Assembly (NCBI GenBank): GCA_903959355.1
Contig: CAJBWJ010000025.1
Coordinates: 1-62,864 of the forward strand
Direction: 5' to 3'
DNA: 62,864 nucleotides
Source: an uncultured bacterium
Lineage (GTDB): Bacteria > Patescibacteriota > Microgenomatia > UBA1400 > PJMF01
Shown here: piece by piece, positions 60,855 through 62,864 of the stretch
How the letters are laid out: every line of letters starts with the position of its first letter
How positions within the stretch are numbered: position 1 is the stretch's first letter
Program-made: the position numbers and the translations under genes
Notes under the pieces: generated by a model
Told to the model about the DNA's origin: nothing
Databases searched by the model: none
What the model saw: only the letters and a program-made list of their open reading frames with translations

Positions 60855-62153
60855 ATGTTAATTCACACCCCCAAGGTCTTGGATGTTCAAGATAAAAAAG
60901 TAATCGTTAGAGTGGACTTTAATGTTCCACTAAAAAAAAGAATTAATGCCGCCGGCATTACTAAATTTTCAGTAGCAGATGATCAACGTATTCGTAGTGC
61001 TCTGGAGACTATTCTCTTCTTAAAGGAACATGGCGCTAAAATTATTTTAATGTCACATTTGGGACGTCCAGATGGCAAAATTGTTCCTGAATTTAGTCTG
61101 GAACCAATTGCTTTTTATCTTAGACAAAATATGGGACTTAGTGTGGAATTTGCCAATAATTGTATAGGCGAAGAAGTTACTACTAAAGCTAGTGCACTGC
61201 AAAAAGGTGAAATTTTACTTCTCGAAAACTTGCGTTATCACAGTGAAGAAGAAAACAATGACCATGATTTTGCCAAAGAAATCATCAAAGATACTGGAGC
61301 TGAGGTTTATATAAACGAAGCTTTCTCCGCTTCTCACCGCGCTCATGCTTCTATCGTCGGTCTCAATAAATTAATTCCAAGTTTTGCAGGTTTTGATTTG
61401 GCAGCAGAAATTAAAATTCTTAGTAAAATTCTCGAAAAAGCTCATCGCCCTTTTGTGGTGGTACTTGGCGGTGCCAAAATCGATGACAAAGTTTCAGCTG
61501 TCAAAAATCTTTCTAAATTAGCTGATTTGGTTCTAGTTGGTGGCGGTATTGCCAATGCTTTTTTAAAGGCTAGTGGCATTGAAGTTCATAAATCTTTTAT
61601 GGGTAAAAACGCAGAAACCAACGTAGCAATTGCTAAAGAAATTCTTGACGCTCATCAAACTGAACGAACCATGATTGATATAGAACAAGCTGGCAAAGGT
61701 TTGCCACTGCCAAAAGTAGTTGTGCCTATTGATGTGCTTGCTGCCAAGAATCAAGATGTAAAAAATGAAAAAGAAGTCATTCACTTGGAATTACTCAAAA
61801 ATGTCAAAGATAGCGATGAAGATCTAGATTTGCAATATTTAGACATCGGTAAAGAAACGATAGCTTTATACAAATATTTATTATCTAAAGCCAAAACTAT
61901 TTTCTTTAATGGCCCAATGGGTGTTTTTGAAAACCCACTTTTTGCCAAAGGCAGTCGTGACCTCGCTAAAAACATTGCTAACAATACCACCGACTTCGGA
62001 GCAACCACAGTTTGCGGTGGTGGTGAGACAAACGCAGTAATTAATGCCTGTGGCCTTCGAGACCGTTTTACCCACGTCTCAACTGCTGGAGGTGCGGCTT
62101 TAGAATTCCTCGGTGGAGAAAAGCTACCAGGAATTGAAGCGCTTAAAAAGTGA
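60855..62153 (+). CDS. pgk: phosphoglycerate kinase
   Basis: VRVDFNVPL, SHLGRPDG and the C-terminal STAGGAALEFLEG-type motif. The track start 60840 is TTG and the first in-frame ATG is at 60855. Confidence 0.9.
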   Translation: MLIHTPKVLDVQDKKVIVRVDFNVPLKKRINAAGITKFSVADDQRIRSALETILFLKEHGAKIILMSHLGRPDGKIVPEFSLEPIAFYLRQNMGLSVEFANNCIGEEVTTKASALQKGEILLLENLRYHSEEENNDHDFAKEIIKDTGAEVYINEAFSASHRAHASIVGLNKLIPSFAGFDLAAEIKILSKILEKAHRPFVVVLGGAKIDDKVSAVKNLSKLADLVLVGGGIANAFLKASGIEVHKSFMGKNAETNVAIAKEILDAHQTERTMIDIEQAGKGLPLPKVVVPIDVLAAKNQDVKNEKEVIHLELLKNVKDSDEDLDLQYLDIGKETIALYKYLLSKAKTIFFNGPMGVFENPLFAKGSRDLAKNIANNTTDFGATTVCGGGETNAVINACGLRDRFTHVSTAGGAALEFLGGEKLPGIEALKK

Positions 62154-62162
62154 AGCTCTAAG

Positions 62163-62864
62163 CTAATCTTTCAGTGGCCAAAAATCCGCCCAAGTTGACA
62201 AGTCTTTGAAGTGTTCATGAACCTTTAAAAGTCTTTCTTTTTCTTCTGGTGTTTTAGATGTTGCAACTATATCTCGAAAAACAAACCAAGAAAAGTTAGG
62301 TTGCTGTCTAAAGATGGCTTCAGCCAAAACATAAAATTCATCAAGACGATCATTTTGAAATAAATAGACCAAAGTTTTATCGTAGAAATCCATATATGGA
62401 TAAAAGTTTCCATTCATAGAGTCTGGATTAAAATCTTTGAAATATTTTAGAAAAGCAGCAGCTTGCTCAAAATTCTTTTCATCCAAAAATGAAGCTTTGA
62501 TGTCACCCATAATAAAGGGGTTTAAAACAAGTGCTTTTTGATAATACCACGCTGCTATCGTAGGGTTTTTGTCTTTGTAAGCTTGTTCTCCAAAATAAAA
62601 AAACTCTTTAGCTATATTTCTTTGACGTAAATAATCTAAAAAATTAACATTATTCAAAAATTGATATTTTTGTATTAACTCAATAAACTCATTGACGAGC
62701 GGCTGAGCTTCTTTATAGGAAAAAGCTTTAAAATCAATGTTTGTAGAAAAAAGTAAAGGATCTATCTTGGCAAATTCTATTTGCAATTGAACTTTTCTAT
62801 TCAAATCTAGTTCACTCGAAAGAGAAAAGTTAGATAAAAAAATTGGATCATTCTTATAAAGAAA
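62163..62864 (-). CDS. hypothetical helical (TPR-like) protein, 5' end probably outside window
   Basis: The listed 'Met' at 62802-62804 is a TTG codon. The frame stays open through nt 62864 (..FLYKNDPIFLSNFSLSSELDLNRKV..), so the gene is probably truncated by the window edge. Confidence 0.5.
   Translation of the reverse strand, partial: FLYKNDPIFLSNFSLSSELDLNRKVQLQIEFAKIDPLLFSTNIDFKAFSYKEAQPLVNEFIELIQKYQFLNNVNFLDYLRQRNIAKEFFYFGEQAYKDKNPTIAAWYYQKALVLNPFIMGDIKASFLDEKNFEQAAAFLKYFKDFNPDSMNGNFYPYMDFYDKTLVYLFQNDRLDEFYVLAEAIFRQQPNFSWFVFRDIVATSKTPEEKERLLKVHEHFKDLSTWADFWPLKD

Noticed and set aside
60855-62153. Pgk is about 35 aa longer than typical bacterial enzymes (extra residues near KKRINAAGITKFSV and in the C-domain around DIEQAGKGLPLP...KDSDEDLDLQ).
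   Set aside because: These are short surface-loop insertions in an otherwise canonical enzyme, with no sign of an inserted domain. This is not informative without an alignment.

Overview
AT-rich bacterial chromosomal segment. Its style suggests a small-genome, Patescibacteria/CPR-like organism; this is an inference from tightly packed or overlapping genes, many short TM-anchored hypothetical proteins, rRNA genes not linked to a 16S, and the standard code with TGA used as a stop. Both window edges cut genes. Housekeeping genes recognised from conserved motifs: smpB, cmk, two class A PBPs, a monomeric class II ribonucleotide reductase with nrdR and NrdR boxes, murJ, rpsT, lepA, rpsA, pgk, a GH18 protein, a GH3/NagZ-like protein, a polyprenyl-phosphate sugar transferase, and a tRNA-Ala(UGC)-23S-5S operon with its own promoter. 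The dominant and most unusual feature is one uninterrupted 23,709-nt ORF (15484-39192, minus strand) encoding a 7,902-aa protein. It starts with a signal anchor and a Cys-rich domain. It then carries Gly/Ala-rich hydrophobic segments, long coiled coils, a SecA-like DEAD ATPase, a PPP-type metallophosphoesterase and GHKL (sacsin/Hsp90-like) ATPase motifs. Further on there is a duplicated [HExxH zincin + CxxC helical module + TM] cassette, a class A beta-lactamase-like serine hydrolase, Pro/Ser linkers and a C-terminal Cys/His hydrolase-like domain. It is the last gene of a co-oriented string murJ - pilN-like - pilO-like - 167-aa TM protein - 605-aa doubly anchored surface protein - giant gene. 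A second candidate system is a four-gene overlapping operon (HEPN-like protein, P-loop nucleotide-kinase-like protein, degenerate CPBP/Abi-like membrane protein, TM helical protein). No CRISPR array, transposase or integrase was seen. All domain boundaries are hand-derived and approximate (about +/-30 nt). No homology search could be run.
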